The notes under the pieces are model-generated. The model was not told the DNA's origin and made no database searches. It worked only from the letters and a program-made list of their open reading frames with translations. 64,000 nt of DNA from Candidatus Latescibacterota bacterium (lineage in GTDB: Bacteria > Latescibacterota > UBA2968 > UBA8231): NCBI GenBank assembly GCA_964291625.2, contig OZ220089.1, forward strand, positions 4,608,001 through 4,672,000. Reading direction: 5' to 3'. Below are positions 1 to 9,929 of this stretch, one piece after another; within the stretch, counting starts at the first letter, position 1; every line of letters starts with the position of its first letter. Position numbers and translations under genes: made by a program.

Positions 1-549
1 TTCGGCGTACCGGCAGTCGAGGATGAAGTTGCCGTTGTCGGTCACGAAGGGCTGACCCTGCGGGTCCGGCCGGCGCTCGACCTGCGGACCCAGATCCATC
101 AGACGCTTGCGGGCCAGCGTCCAGGCGAAGGGGACGACCTCCACCGGCAGGGGCGACCGCGTGCCGAGGCGGCCGACCCGCTTGGAGGCGTCGACGATGA
201 TGACCACCCGGGCGCTGGCGCCGGCGACGATCTTCTCCCGCAGCAAGGCGCCCCCGAGTCCCTTGATCAGATCGAGGGCGGGATCGACCTCGTCGGCGCC
301 GTCGATGGTCAGATCGACGGCCGGACAGTCCTCGAGGCTGCGGATGTCGAGACCGACCTGCTCCCCGAGGCGGGCGGAGGCGAGGGAAGTGGGCACGCAC
401 CGGACCTCGAGACCCTCCGACCGCGCCCGCTCTCCAAGGGCGCGGATAGCGAAGTCCGCCGTCGAGCCCGTCCCGAGGCCGACCACCATGCCGTCGACCA
501 CGTACTCCACGGCCCGGAGGGCGGCCAGCTCCTTGTCCCGATCGGACAT
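1..549 (-). CDS. rpiA: Ribose-5-phosphate isomerase A (partial, runs off window)
   Basis: Manual translation MSDRDKELAALRAVEYVVDGMVVGLGTGST...DGADEVD...KGLGGALLREK; GGAGG RBS upstream. Confidence 0.93.
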   Translation of the reverse strand, partial: MSDRDKELAALRAVEYVVDGMVVGLGTGSTADFAIRALGERARSEGLEVRCVPTSLASARLGEQVGLDIRSLEDCPAVDLTIDGADEVDPALDLIKGLGGALLREKIVAGASARVVIIVDASKRVGRLGTRSPLPVEVVPFAWTLARKRLMDLGPQVERRPDPQGQPFVTDNGNFILDCRYAE

Positions 550-559
550 CCGTCCTCCC

Positions 560-1027
560 TCAGAGGCGCATGGCGTAATGAATCTGGCGGGCCACTTCCT
601 GGAACCCCACGTCCGGGTAGAAGCGGGCGCCGACCGGGTTCTGCTCCAGGGTCTCGATCCTGACCGCCTCCATCCCCTCGCCGCGCAGGAACTCGATGGC
701 GTGCTCCATCAGTCGGCGGCCGATGCCGCGGCCCTGGTGGGCGGGGTGGACCGCCGTGTTCGGGATGTGGCCGATGCGGGAAGCCCCGTCGATCCGCGTG
801 GTGATGTAGCCGACGATCTCGCCGCCGTCCTCGCAGATGAAGACGCCGCGGCCGTTTTCCCCGGCCACGTCGGCGTCGATGTGGCGCAGCTTGCGGAACC
901 GCCAGTCGCGGCCGCCCATGAGGCCGAACATCCGCTCGATGTTGCGGTCGATCGACACGCTCTCGAAGCAGATGGCGGTGATCTCCTTCAGGCGCTCCAG
1001 GTCGGCGGGTCGGTAGGGACGGATCAT
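560..1027 (-). CDS. GNAT family N-acetyltransferase
   Basis: MIRPYRPAD...AVHPAHQGRGIGRRL (acetyl-CoA motif A)...FYPDVGF; alternative coupled GTG start at 1057. Confidence 0.85.
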   Translation of the reverse strand: MIRPYRPADLERLKEITAICFESVSIDRNIERMFGLMGGRDWRFRKLRHIDADVAGENGRGVFICEDGGEIVGYITTRIDGASRIGHIPNTAVHPAHQGRGIGRRLMEHAIEFLRGEGMEAVRIETLEQNPVGARFYPDVGFQEVARQIHYAMRL

Positions 1028-1053
1028 GCCGACTCCGGGTTCGGGGGCGGAAG

Positions 1054-1713
1054 TCACGGCCCGGCCGACCGGCAGCAACGGAAGCCGATGAGGTCGAGGC
1101 TGTAGCTCTCGTCGAGGAGGCGGCCGTAGCGCGCGTCGGCGCGGGCGTAGTTCGCGCTGTGGAACCAGGACCCCCCGCGGACCACGCGCCATCCGCTCCC
1201 GGCGTCGTACCATCCGTCCGTCCACTCCCACACGTTGCCGATCATGTCGCGGACTCCGTAGTCGTTGCCGCAGCCGTCGTGGGCTCCGCTCGGGGCCGTT
1301 CCCCGGTCGCGCACCCAGGTCCCGTCGGCGCCCAGGAAGGGAGTGTTGCAGCGCTCCGGCTCGAAGTCGGGACCGTAGCCGTAGACGAAGTTCCGGGGAC
1401 CCCGGCAGGCGAGCTCCCACTCGCGCTCCGTGCACAGGCGCAGGCCCCGGGCGGCGCACAGCTCCGAGGCCTCGCGCCAGGTGACGTCCACCCGGGGCAG
1501 CTCTCCCTCCACGTTGGGGTACTCGTAGCGGTCGATCCAGAAGTCGTCGACGCGGACCATCCCGGCCGAGGCGGCGGGCGTTGCGCCCTCATCGGCCCGC
1601 AGGAGGACGGGCAAGGTGGAAAGGAGCAGGGCCAGGGCGGACAGGGCGGCGCCGGCCCGGAGTCCGGAGCAGGCGGCTCCTCCCCGGAGGTTCCCCCGGG
1701 GGGCGCGGCTCAC
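1054..1713 (-). CDS. Formylglycine-generating enzyme (SUMF1/FGE-sulfatase) family protein with N-terminal hydrophobic segment
   Basis: FWIDRYEY, RLCTEREWELAC, DMIGNVWEW, RGGSW, GFRCC motifs; GTGA overlap with the upstream stop. Confidence 0.85.
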   Translation of the reverse strand: MSRAPRGNLRGGAACSGLRAGAALSALALLLSTLPVLLRADEGATPAASAGMVRVDDFWIDRYEYPNVEGELPRVDVTWREASELCAARGLRLCTEREWELACRGPRNFVYGYGPDFEPERCNTPFLGADGTWVRDRGTAPSGAHDGCGNDYGVRDMIGNVWEWTDGWYDAGSGWRVVRGGSWFHSANYARADARYGRLLDESYSLDLIGFRCCRSAGP

Positions 1714-2657
1714 GGCGCGAACTCCACCACGCCGAAGCGGGCGGGATGGTGGAAACCCCTCTGGAAGGTGGGGCTCCAGGCGGTGTACTCCGTCTCCTCG
1801 CGGTAGCGTTCGCCGAGGGGCTCGGACTGCGCCTGCAGCACCCGCAGCTCCCCCTCGAGGCGGGAACGCTCGCCGGGATCGCCGCCCTCGCCGAGGGCTT
1901 CCAGCTTCGCGGCCAGGCTCGCCTCGGCCTCTCCCAGCTCGCGCAGCCGGGCCCGGACCCCGGCGCCGGCGCCGCGCTCGATGCGGTAGAGGTTCAGCCG
2001 CCAGCGGTCGCCGACGCGCGGCTGTCCGCCCCCGGCGATGGTCGGCGCGAAGGCGGTCCAGGGGATGGCGATCTCCACCGTCCACCCGGCATCGACGTCG
2101 GTGCTGTCGTTCACCGTGCCCACCGCCTGGACGGCCGTCTTCAGCCCGAGGATGTCCCAGTCCTTGTCGGAGACCCACTCGGGGTGGATCCGGCCGATGT
2201 GGAGGTCGACGATGGCGTTGAGGGGGTTGACCTCGAGCTCGAGATAGTCGAGGCCGTCGCCGTCGGGATCGATGAAGACCTCGACGACCTCCTCCGACCA
2301 CATGGGGTCGTCTTCCTCGGTGAAGAGGGCCCACATGTCGGGGTCGCGGCAGGCGTAGGCGATGTAGAGGGCCTCGTCGTCCCAGAGCATCCGGGCCCGC
2401 GTGGGACGGGCGATGCGCCCGTAGTCGTTGAGGATGCGGGTGAAGGTGTCGATCTGGGGGGCCGCGGCCCAGTCGAACTCGTCGAGACGGCCGTCGACGG
2501 AGATCTCTGCGCCGGCCTGGCGGATCATGTAGAGGGGGAGGGGGGACTCGCTGAAGACGGCGGGCGGCTCCTCGGCGGCGGCGGCCTCCCGGGCCGCGAA
2601 GCTGGAGGCGATCAGGCCGACGGCGAGGAACCCGGGCAAGGCACGCGGAAGGGACAC
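1710..2657 (-). CDS. Secreted carbohydrate-binding family 9-like protein
   Basis: Signal peptide; VDGRLDE..W, MLWDDEALY, EVFIDP, WTVEIAIPW, WRLNLYR, WSPT..FH.P..FG; AAGGAG RBS before GTG 2657. Confidence 0.8.
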   Translation of the reverse strand: MSLPRALPGFLAVGLIASSFAAREAAAAEEPPAVFSESPLPLYMIRQAGAEISVDGRLDEFDWAAAPQIDTFTRILNDYGRIARPTRARMLWDDEALYIAYACRDPDMWALFTEEDDPMWSEEVVEVFIDPDGDGLDYLELEVNPLNAIVDLHIGRIHPEWVSDKDWDILGLKTAVQAVGTVNDSTDVDAGWTVEIAIPWTAFAPTIAGGGQPRVGDRWRLNLYRIERGAGAGVRARLRELGEAEASLAAKLEALGEGGDPGERSRLEGELRVLQAQSEPLGERYREETEYTAWSPTFQRGFHHPARFGVVEFAP

Positions 2658-2794
2658 GGTCGCTCCTTGGCATGGGGGAGATCCACTCCGGTGGGGCCGC
2701 GGAAAGTTCGGCACGAGACAGGGCACCGGCAACCGGGGCGGAGGCAATCCGGGGATCGCCCCCGCGGGGTCCTGGCGGCGACTCTGCAAGCGGG

Positions 2795-2822
2795 TTGACA
2801 GGGTGCGGCTCGAACCTACCTT
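2795..2822 (+). promoter_or_regulatory. Putative sigma70 promoter of the hrcA operon
   Basis: TTGACA-N16-TACCTT. Confidence 0.55.
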
Positions 2823-2951
2823 CACGAATTCGATCGAGATGGCCTCCCTCCCATACAACCCTCCCACGGTCAGGCCGGCGGTCCCGCCATCCGCCCGGGG
2901 TCCCGCGCCCCCGGGCCACGGAGGGGAATCGCAGGCGGGGACCTGCGCCTC

Positions 2952-3968
2952 TTGCCGGGAGAGCTGCTGACCCCCCGCGAGGAGACGGTCCTCGCGGCCC
3001 TGGTGCGCGTCCACGTCGAGGTCGGCAGCCCCGTGGCCTCGGCCGGACTGCTCGAGCGCGAGAGTCTCGAGGCCAGCCCCGCCACCATCCGCAAGATCCT
3101 GGTCAGCCTCGAGGAGAAGGGCTTCCTCCGGCAGCCCCACACCTCGGCCGGAAGGCTCCCCACGAACAGGGCCTACCGGTTCTACGCCTCCCACGCCCTC
3201 GACGGGCAGGACCTCACGCACATCGGCGTCCTGCGGCGTCAGCTCGAGGCCAGGCTCCAGCAGGTCTCGGCCGACGAGATCCACGGGCAGCTGGCCGGGA
3301 TCATCGGCGACCTGTCGATGCAGCTGGGGCTGGTGCTGGCGCCCGGCTTCGAGCAGGTGCGCCTGCAGCGGCTCGAGCTCATGCGCCTCGCCGAGGGCCG
3401 GCTGCTGCTGGTGGTCTCTCTCGAGACGGGGCCGGTCCAGAGCCTGGTGATCGAGGTCGGCTCCAGCGTCGATCCCGGCGAGGTGGTCGGCGTCTCGACG
3501 CGCCTCAACGAGTGCCTCGCGGGCCTGACCCTGGCCCAGGTGCGCGAGACCGTCCGCGAGCGCTTCGGCGACATGGCCAGGGGGCAGCAGGACCTGCTGC
3601 GCCAGGTGATCGAGCAGCTCGAGTCCATGGCGTCCCCCGCGGGACCCGCCCTGCACGTGGCCGGGGCGCGCCACATCTGCGCTCAGCCGGAGTTCCGGGA
3701 CGCCCTGGACGTGGCGGAGCTGATGGACCTGGTGGAGCACCGCGACGAGCTGGCCGGGCTGCTCTCCGACCGCGAAGGGGTGGTCGTCACCATCGGCGAG
3801 GAGCACGACCCGCAGGGGCTCCGCCTGTGCGGCCTGGTGACGGCGAGCTACGAGGTCAACGGCGCCATCGGCGTCATCGGCGTCATGGGTCCGGCGCGCA
3901 TGCCCTACGACCGCGTCATGGCCCTGGTGAACTACACCGCGTCGCGGGCACCGGAGCTGGTCTCCTGA
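2952..3968 (+). CDS. hrcA: Heat-inducible transcription repressor HrcA
   Basis: PVAS..L, SPATIR, QPHTSAGR.PT..YR, IGVIGVMGP.RM.Y; TTG start uncertain. Confidence 0.93.
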   Translation: MPGELLTPREETVLAALVRVHVEVGSPVASAGLLERESLEASPATIRKILVSLEEKGFLRQPHTSAGRLPTNRAYRFYASHALDGQDLTHIGVLRRQLEARLQQVSADEIHGQLAGIIGDLSMQLGLVLAPGFEQVRLQRLELMRLAEGRLLLVVSLETGPVQSLVIEVGSSVDPGEVVGVSTRLNECLAGLTLAQVRETVRERFGDMARGQQDLLRQVIEQLESMASPAGPALHVAGARHICAQPEFRDALDVAELMDLVEHRDELAGLLSDREGVVVTIGEEHDPQGLRLCGLVTASYEVNGAIGVIGVMGPARMPYDRVMALVNYTASRAPELVS

Positions 3969-4053
3969 AGCCCCGCACTTCCGGGAAGGACCGCTGCATC
4001 CGGCGGTCGGCGCCCCCGTGCGCCGCCGCTGCAACCACCGAGCGCGATCAGCC

Positions 4054-4728
4054 ATGAGTCGAGAAGCGAAGGACCAGCCCGACGAAGAGCCCCACGTCTC
4101 GCCTGAGGCGGAGCCCGAGGCCCCCGGGGTGGAGGCATCGGAGGAAGAGGCGGCGGAGCCGGCCGGGGCGGAGGACGAGACCGGCGGCGAGGCCGGGCCC
4201 ACCGACCTCGAGCGCGCCCTGGCGGAGGCCGAAGAGAGCCAGAACCGCTACCTCAGGACCGCCGCCGAGCTCGACAACTTCCGCAAGCGCACCGTCAGGA
4301 TCCGCTCCGAGACCCGGGACGACACCCTGCGCGACGTGCTCCTGCAGGTGGCGCCCCTCCTCGACAACTTCCGCCGCGCCCTGGGGCAGGAGGCATCCGA
4401 TTCGGCGGCGCTGCGCGAGGGGATCGAGATCATCTTCCGGCAGTTCAACGAAATCCTCTCCGGATACGGTCTCGAGGAGATCGAGGCCGAGGGACAGGCC
4501 TTCGACCCCAACCAGCACGAGGCCATGCTGCAGATGCCCTCCGAGGAACATCCGCCCGGAACGGTGATGCAGGAGATGGAGAAGGGCTACAAGCTCAACG
4601 GCCGCGTGATTCGTCCGTCAAGGGTCCTGGTCAGCACGGCACCGGTCGACGAGGACCCTTCCGGGGCCGGGTCCGGAGGACCGGACGGCGAGGGCGGCCG
4701 CGACGAGGGAGCCGAGGACGAAGGGTAG
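4054..4728 (+). CDS. grpE: Nucleotide exchange factor GrpE
   Basis: [34 protein letters not shown]. Confidence 0.95.
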   Translation: MSREAKDQPDEEPHVSPEAEPEAPGVEASEEEAAEPAGAEDETGGEAGPTDLERALAEAEESQNRYLRTAAELDNFRKRTVRIRSETRDDTLRDVLLQVAPLLDNFRRALGQEASDSAALREGIEIIFRQFNEILSGYGLEEIEAEGQAFDPNQHEAMLQMPSEEHPPGTVMQEMEKGYKLNGRVIRPSRVLVSTAPVDEDPSGAGSGGPDGEGGRDEGAEDEG

Positions 4729-4741
4729 GGGGCGAGACCGA

Positions 4742-5884
4742 ATGGCGAAGCGCGACTACTACGAGGTCCTCGGGCTCGAACGGGACGCGGGTGCGGACCA
4801 GATCAAGAGCGCCTACCGAAGGCTGGCGCTCAAGTACCACCCCGACCGCAATCCGGGCGACGGCGAGGCGGAGGCGAGCTTCAAGGAGGCCTCCGAGGCT
4901 TACGAGGTCCTCAGCGACTCGGAGAAGCGGCAGAAGTACGACAGCTACGGGCACGCCGGCGTGGAGGGCAACTTCGGCAGCGGCGGCTTCCAGTGGTCCG
5001 ACTTCACCCACGCCACCGACGTGGAGGACATCCTCGGCGATTTCTTCGGCGGCATCTTCGGCGGCGGCCGCCGCCGGGCCCGAGGTCCCTCCGGCCCCCC
5101 GAAGGGCCGGGACCTGCGCATCGCCCTCGAGCTCACCCTCGAGGAGGTGGCCACCGGCGCCGAGAAGAAGATCAACCTGACCCGTCAGCAGCGCTGCGGC
5201 GCCTGCGCGGGGAGCGGGGCGGCGGCCGGCTCCGGCGCCAGGACCTGCGGCACCTGCAACGGTGTGGGCCAGGTGCAGCAGGTGTCGCGCTCCTTTTTCG
5301 GACAGTCGGTCACCGTCACCGCCTGCCCCGCCTGCGGCGGCGAAGGCCGGACCGTCGCCGACCCCTGCCCCGAGTGCAGGGGCGAGGGCCGCGTGCGCGA
5401 CTCGTCGACGATCACCGTGCGCATTCCCGCCGGGGTCACCACCGGCAACTACATCCCCCTGCGCGGCCAGGGCGACGCGGGTCCGCGCGGGGGCCCGCCG
5501 GGGGACTGCCTCGTCTTCATCGAGGAGGAGGAGCACGAGCACTTCTCGCGCGAGGGCAACGACATCCTCTTCCGGCTGCCCATCACCATCGGGCAGGCGG
5601 CCCTCGGCGACTCGGTGGCCGTTCCGACCCTCCACGGCGAGGTGCGGATGAAGATCCCCGAGGGCACCCAGTCCGGACATGTCTTCCGGCTCCGGCAGAA
5701 GGGCATTCCCGATGTCGACGGGCGCGGTTGCGGCGACCAGCTCGTCGAGGTTCTGGTCTGGACGCCCACCCATCTGGGCGCCGAGGAGCGGCGTCTGCTC
5801 GAGCAGTTGGAAGAGATCCAGAAGAGCCGCGCCGAGAGCGAGGGCAAGAGTCTCCTCGACCGCATGCTGAGTGCCTTCGGCTGA
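4742..5884 (+). CDS. dnaJ: Chaperone DnaJ
   Basis: J domain with HPD, G/F region, four CxxCxGxG repeats. Confidence 0.97.
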   Translation: MAKRDYYEVLGLERDAGADQIKSAYRRLALKYHPDRNPGDGEAEASFKEASEAYEVLSDSEKRQKYDSYGHAGVEGNFGSGGFQWSDFTHATDVEDILGDFFGGIFGGGRRRARGPSGPPKGRDLRIALELTLEEVATGAEKKINLTRQQRCGACAGSGAAAGSGARTCGTCNGVGQVQQVSRSFFGQSVTVTACPACGGEGRTVADPCPECRGEGRVRDSSTITVRIPAGVTTGNYIPLRGQGDAGPRGGPPGDCLVFIEEEEHEHFSREGNDILFRLPITIGQAALGDSVAVPTLHGEVRMKIPEGTQSGHVFRLRQKGIPDVDGRGCGDQLVEVLVWTPTHLGAEERRLLEQLEEIQKSRAESEGKSLLDRMLSAFG

Positions 5885-5913
5885 GGCCTCGAGGGCTGCC
5901 CACGGGTGTGACG

Positions 5914-6717
5914 ATGGCTTTCCCGCGGACCCTGCCAGAGGACTCCACGACGCTGCCGGGAGTGGCCAACGCGGTGGCCTTCTCCTCCGCCAAGGGGGGT
6001 GTCGGCAAGTCCACCGTGGCCCTCAACGCGGCCCTGGCCCTGTGCGGCCGCGGCGCCCGGGTCGGTCTGCTGGACGCCGACATCTACGGTCCCAGCCTGC
6101 CCGTGCTCACGGGGGTGCGCCAGGAGCCGGAGGTCGGCGACGGCGACCGCATCCGCCCTCTCCAGGCCCACGGCCTGGCCATGATGTCCATGGGCTTCCT
6201 GACCCGTCGGGAGACGCCGGTCATCTGGCGCGGCCCCCTTCTCGGCCAGGCGGTTCAGCAGTTCCTGCAGCAGGTCGAGTGGGGGGAGCTCGACTTCCTC
6301 CTCGTCGACATGCCCCCCGGGACCGGCGACATCGCCCTCACCCTGAGCCAGGTGGTCGCCCTCAGCGGCGCCGTCGTGGTCACCACGCCCCAGGGCGTGG
6401 CCCTCCAGGACGTGGAGCGCGGGATGGCGATGTTCGACAAAGTCGAGGTCGACATCCTCGGGCTGGTGGAGAACATGAGCTGGTACCTCTGCCCCCACTG
6501 CGACGCCCGGCACGAGATCTTCGGCCACGGAGGGGGACGGGAGGCCGCGGAGCGCCTCGAGGTGCCCTTCCTCGGAGAGATCCCTCTCGACGGCGAGATC
6601 CGCGAGGCGGGCGACCGTGGTCAGCCGCTGATGCTGGCCCAGCCGGACTCAGCGCGGGCCCGGGCCTTCGACACCGTCGCCGCCGGCCTGATCCGGATCC
6701 TGGAGAGCCTGTCCTGA
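5914..6717 (+). CDS. apbC: Mrp/NBP35/ApbC Fe-S cluster carrier ATPase
   Basis: KGGVGKS, DADIYGPS, WRGP, DMPPGTGD, ENMS..CPHC. Confidence 0.92.
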   Translation: MAFPRTLPEDSTTLPGVANAVAFSSAKGGVGKSTVALNAALALCGRGARVGLLDADIYGPSLPVLTGVRQEPEVGDGDRIRPLQAHGLAMMSMGFLTRRETPVIWRGPLLGQAVQQFLQQVEWGELDFLLVDMPPGTGDIALTLSQVVALSGAVVVTTPQGVALQDVERGMAMFDKVEVDILGLVENMSWYLCPHCDARHEIFGHGGGREAAERLEVPFLGEIPLDGEIREAGDRGQPLMLAQPDSARARAFDTVAAGLIRILESLS

Positions 6718-7112
6718 TGCGGGACTGGGCGCGCCGACGGTCGATCTGGCTCCTGCCCTTCGGCACCAGCTGCTGCGCCGCCGACCTGGCCGCCCTCTTC
6801 GCTCCTCCCCACGATCTGGGCCGCTTCGGCCTGGGTCTGGTCCACGAGCCCTCCCGGGCCGACGCCATCGTAATCGCCGGCCGCGTCACCCGGACCCTGG
6901 CACCCCACCTCCTGCAGGCCTACCAGTCCATGCCCCGGCCGGCGCGGGCGGTCGCCTTCGGGACCTGCGCCTGCTCCGGCGGGGCCTACGACACCGACGA
7001 GGTAGTCTCCGCCGACGCGGTCATCCCCGTGGACGCCTACGTGCCCGGCTGCCCACCCGAGCCCGGGTCGCTGCGCACGGCGCTGCGGCAACTGGACTGG
7101 TCCGGGTCCTGA
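6717..7112 (+). CDS. Stand-alone NuoB-like (complex I subunit B/PSST family) 4Fe-4S protein
   Basis: FGTSCC, SRAD, GTCACSGG, IPVDAYVPGCPP; TGATG overlap with the mrp stop; 131 aa. Confidence 0.8.
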   Translation: MRDWARRRSIWLLPFGTSCCAADLAALFAPPHDLGRFGLGLVHEPSRADAIVIAGRVTRTLAPHLLQAYQSMPRPARAVAFGTCACSGGAYDTDEVVSADAVIPVDAYVPGCPPEPGSLRTALRQLDWSGS

Positions 7113-7118
7113 GTCGCG

Positions 7119-7997
7119 ATGGCAGCCGAGGCCCGCAGTTGGCACCGGGTCGCGATCGACGTCCCGTCCCGCGCCAGCGACGAGGTGGCGGCCCTCTGCT
7201 TCGAGTTCGGCAGTTGCGGCGTCTACGCCGAGGAGCGGGGGGAGGGGACGCGGCTCCTCGTCTACTTCGAGGGTCCCGCGGACCTCCGCAGGCTGGACCG
7301 TCAGCTGCGGAGCGGCCTTCCGGACGGCCTCTCCGGGGAGTTCCCCATGGCCATGGATGTCCAGCCCGAGCGGGACTGGAGCGAGGGCTGGCGGCGCTTC
7401 TACCGCCCGCAGTGGGCCACCGAGCGGATCGTCGTGCACCCGCCCTGGCTTCCCGTCGACACCGGCCCCGGTCAGATCGCCATCGCCATCGACCCGGCCA
7501 TGGCCTTCGGCACGGGCGGGCACGAATCGACCCAGCTGGCCCTGCGGGCCCTGCAGGAGACGGGCTGCAAGGATCGCCTCTGCCTCGATGTGGGAGCCGG
7601 CAGCGGGGTGCTTTCCATCGCCGCCATCCTCCTCGGGGCCCGCCGGGTGACCGCTGTCGACACCGACCCCGCGGCCGTGGACAACGCGAGGCACAACCTG
7701 CGCCGGAACCTGGGAAGGGATGCCGGCCGGGCGAGGGTGCTCTGCGGCAGCCTGGAGGCGGCTTCGGACCAAGGCTGCCAGGTGGTGGTGGCCAATCTCG
7801 AGAGCCACCTGGTCCGTCCCTTGCTGCCCGCCATCGCCTCTTCCTTGACCGCCGCCGGCGTCGCTCTGTTCTCAGGTCTGGTCGTCAACGAGAGGGCCCG
7901 TTTCGAGGACTGGCTCATCGCCGTTGGCCTGGGCGTCGACGGGAGCTGGACCCGGGGAGAGTGGCTCGCCCTGCGAGCCCGGAGGGAAGGGGGCTGA
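7119..7997 (+). CDS. prmA: Ribosomal protein L11 methyltransferase
   Basis: DW...W, IDPAMAFGTGGHEST, DVGAGSGVL, VVANL. Confidence 0.93.
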   Translation: MAAEARSWHRVAIDVPSRASDEVAALCFEFGSCGVYAEERGEGTRLLVYFEGPADLRRLDRQLRSGLPDGLSGEFPMAMDVQPERDWSEGWRRFYRPQWATERIVVHPPWLPVDTGPGQIAIAIDPAMAFGTGGHESTQLALRALQETGCKDRLCLDVGAGSGVLSIAAILLGARRVTAVDTDPAAVDNARHNLRRNLGRDAGRARVLCGSLEAASDQGCQVVVANLESHLVRPLLPAIASSLTAAGVALFSGLVVNERARFEDWLIAVGLGVDGSWTRGEWLALRARREGG

Positions 7998-8737
7998 TGC
8001 CGGCGTTCCTCGTCGACGCGGCCTCCGTGCGGGACGGGGGCGTGGTGCTGGGGGCGGAGGAGGCCCACCACGTCCGGGTTCGCCGGCACCGCCCCGGCGA
8101 CGAGGTAGACGTCATCGACGGCGAGGGGCAGGGGTACCGCATCCGCATCCAGGCGATCGAGGACGAACGGGTGACGGGCCGGATCGTGGAGCGGAGGCCG
8201 GATCTCGGCGAGAGCCCCGTGCGGCTCCATCTCGTGGCAGCTCTCGTCAAGGGCCTGCGGTTCGACCTGGTGGTCGAGAAAGCCACGGAGGTGGGCGTCG
8301 CCTCCATCACTCCGGTGACGGCGCGGCGCAGCGTGGCCCGGCCCGGGGGGCGCGGAGACCGCTGGCGGCGGTTGGCGCGATCAGCGGCCAAGCAGTGCGG
8401 GCGGAGCCGCGTGCCTCGGGTGAGCGAGCCGGCCCCCCTGCTCGAGGCCGCCGGGGCCATGGCGGCCGACGGCGCCGGGCTCCTGGTGGCCGACCCCGCG
8501 GCGCCCGGCGATCTTCGTTCGGTCTGCGACCCCGGGGTCCGGTCCGCGGCGCTCTTCGTGGGGCCCGAGGGGGGCTTCGCGCCGGAGGAGCTGCACGCCC
8601 TGGGCTCCCTCGGGGCGCGTAGGTTCGCGTGGGGGAATCGAAGGCTTCGCGCCGAGACCGCCGCCGTCGTCCTGTCGGCGATGGTCATCACCGTGATGGA
8701 GTGGCAATGCGAAGAGACTGCAGCATCCTCGTTCTGA
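7997..8737 (+). CDS. rsmE: 16S rRNA m3U1498 methyltransferase
   Basis: KATEVG, AAKQCGR, VGPEGGF, LRAETA; canonical position after prmA. Confidence 0.92.
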   Translation: MPAFLVDAASVRDGGVVLGAEEAHHVRVRRHRPGDEVDVIDGEGQGYRIRIQAIEDERVTGRIVERRPDLGESPVRLHLVAALVKGLRFDLVVEKATEVGVASITPVTARRSVARPGGRGDRWRRLARSAAKQCGRSRVPRVSEPAPLLEAAGAMAADGAGLLVADPAAPGDLRSVCDPGVRSAALFVGPEGGFAPEELHALGSLGARRFAWGNRRLRAETAAVVLSAMVITVMEWQCEETAASSF

Positions 8738-9162
8738 GCGGTCCCAACCTGAATCTCCTCGGCACCCGGGAGCCCGAGGTCTACGGTTCCCATACCCTCG
8801 CCGGCATCGAGGAGCGGGTGAGGGCCGCCGCCGCAGAGCTGGGCGCCGAGGTCCGCTGCCGGCAATCGAACCACGAGGGCGAGTTGGTCGAGGCCCTGCA
8901 CGAGGCCCGCGGCTGGGCCGATGGTGCCGTCTTCAACCCGGGGGCCTTCACCCACTACAGCCTTGCCCTGCGCGACGCCGTCTCCGCGGCGGGACTGCCC
9001 ACCGTCGAGGTGCACCTGTCCAACGTCCACGGCCGCGAGTCCTTCCGCCGCCGCTCGGTGATCGCCCCCGTCTGCCTCGGCCAGATCGCCGGCTTCGGCC
9101 CGGACAGCTATGTCCTAGGATTGCGGGCGGTGGTGGAACGGGTACGGGCGGAAGACGGCTGA
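8707..9162 (+). CDS. aroQ: Type II 3-dehydroquinate dehydratase
   Basis: [37 protein letters not shown]. Confidence 0.95.
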   Translation: MRRDCSILVLSGPNLNLLGTREPEVYGSHTLAGIEERVRAAAAELGAEVRCRQSNHEGELVEALHEARGWADGAVFNPGAFTHYSLALRDAVSAAGLPTVEVHLSNVHGRESFRRRSVIAPVCLGQIAGFGPDSYVLGLRAVVERVRAEDG

Positions 9163-9236
9163 GGGCGGAACCGACCGCCGCCTCCGGAGAGAGAGTCCGC
9201 TTGCCGCAGGGCCGGAGCCCCGGGGGCCGCAGGTCC

Positions 9237-9833
9237 TCAGAAGGCGTGCCGGTAGACGAGTTGGACCGCGGGCTTTCCCGCGGCGTCGAGGGACAGGGTG
9301 GGAAAGACCTTCCGGGTCTTGGTGCGAGGGATCAGGGCCACACCCAGGCAGCCGGCGGCGAGCACGCCCGAGCTCCAGCCCCAGAGCCGAGCCCGGTCGG
9401 CCTTGTCCTCGAGGTCCTGGGCCCGTGCGAGCAGGCCGGCCTGATCTTCCAGACCCGAGTCGTTGGTCCGGTTGATCTGCGCCTCCTCATCACGGGAGGA
9501 GGCGGTGTCGAACTGGAGCCAGGAGATGAGTCCGAGGGCCACGGTCCCGCCGAGGAAGCTGATGTACGGGAACTCCCGGACCTGGACGACGCGGGCCTGG
9601 CTGCCCAGGGAATCGAGGGTGACCACCTTGGAGACTTCGGCAACGTCGAAGGTGTGGATCTCTCCGTCTCCGCTCCGCAGGACGAGGAGATCGTCGTCGC
9701 GATTGAGCAGCTGCCCCATGACCACGGTGCCGTCGGCCAGGTAGATGCGGGCGTCGGGAGCGCCCTGCGCCAGCAGCGCCGCGGGCTGCAGGGCGAGACA
9801 GGTGACCACGATCAGAGAGATCATCGGACGCAT
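9237..9833 (-). CDS. Hypothetical exported/membrane protein
   Basis: GGAGG RBS, signal peptide MRPMISLIVVTCLALQPAALLAQ, two hydrophobic segments, ends VQLVYRHAF. Confidence 0.65.
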   Translation of the reverse strand: MRPMISLIVVTCLALQPAALLAQGAPDARIYLADGTVVMGQLLNRDDDLLVLRSGDGEIHTFDVAEVSKVVTLDSLGSQARVVQVREFPYISFLGGTVALGLISWLQFDTASSRDEEAQINRTNDSGLEDQAGLLARAQDLEDKADRARLWGWSSGVLAAGCLGVALIPRTKTRKVFPTLSLDAAGKPAVQLVYRHAF

Positions 9834-9929
9834 GGCGTGCCTCCCGCGTAAGGTGTTGCACCGCAAGGCGAACTCGTTTCCAACGGCGGTCTTCGGCAAT
9901 ATACGGTTCGCCGTGGGGCCGTCAACGAC

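Noticed and set aside
2660-2951. CIRCE operator or SAM-I riboswitch upstream of hrcA
   Set aside because: No TTAGCACTC-N9-GAGTGCTAA match. A lone CCGGCAACC lacks the rest of the SAM-I core.
4729-4741. dnaK missing between grpE and dnaJ
   Set aside because: grpE-dnaJ adjacency with dnaK elsewhere is common in FCB-group bacteria, and no remnant is visible.
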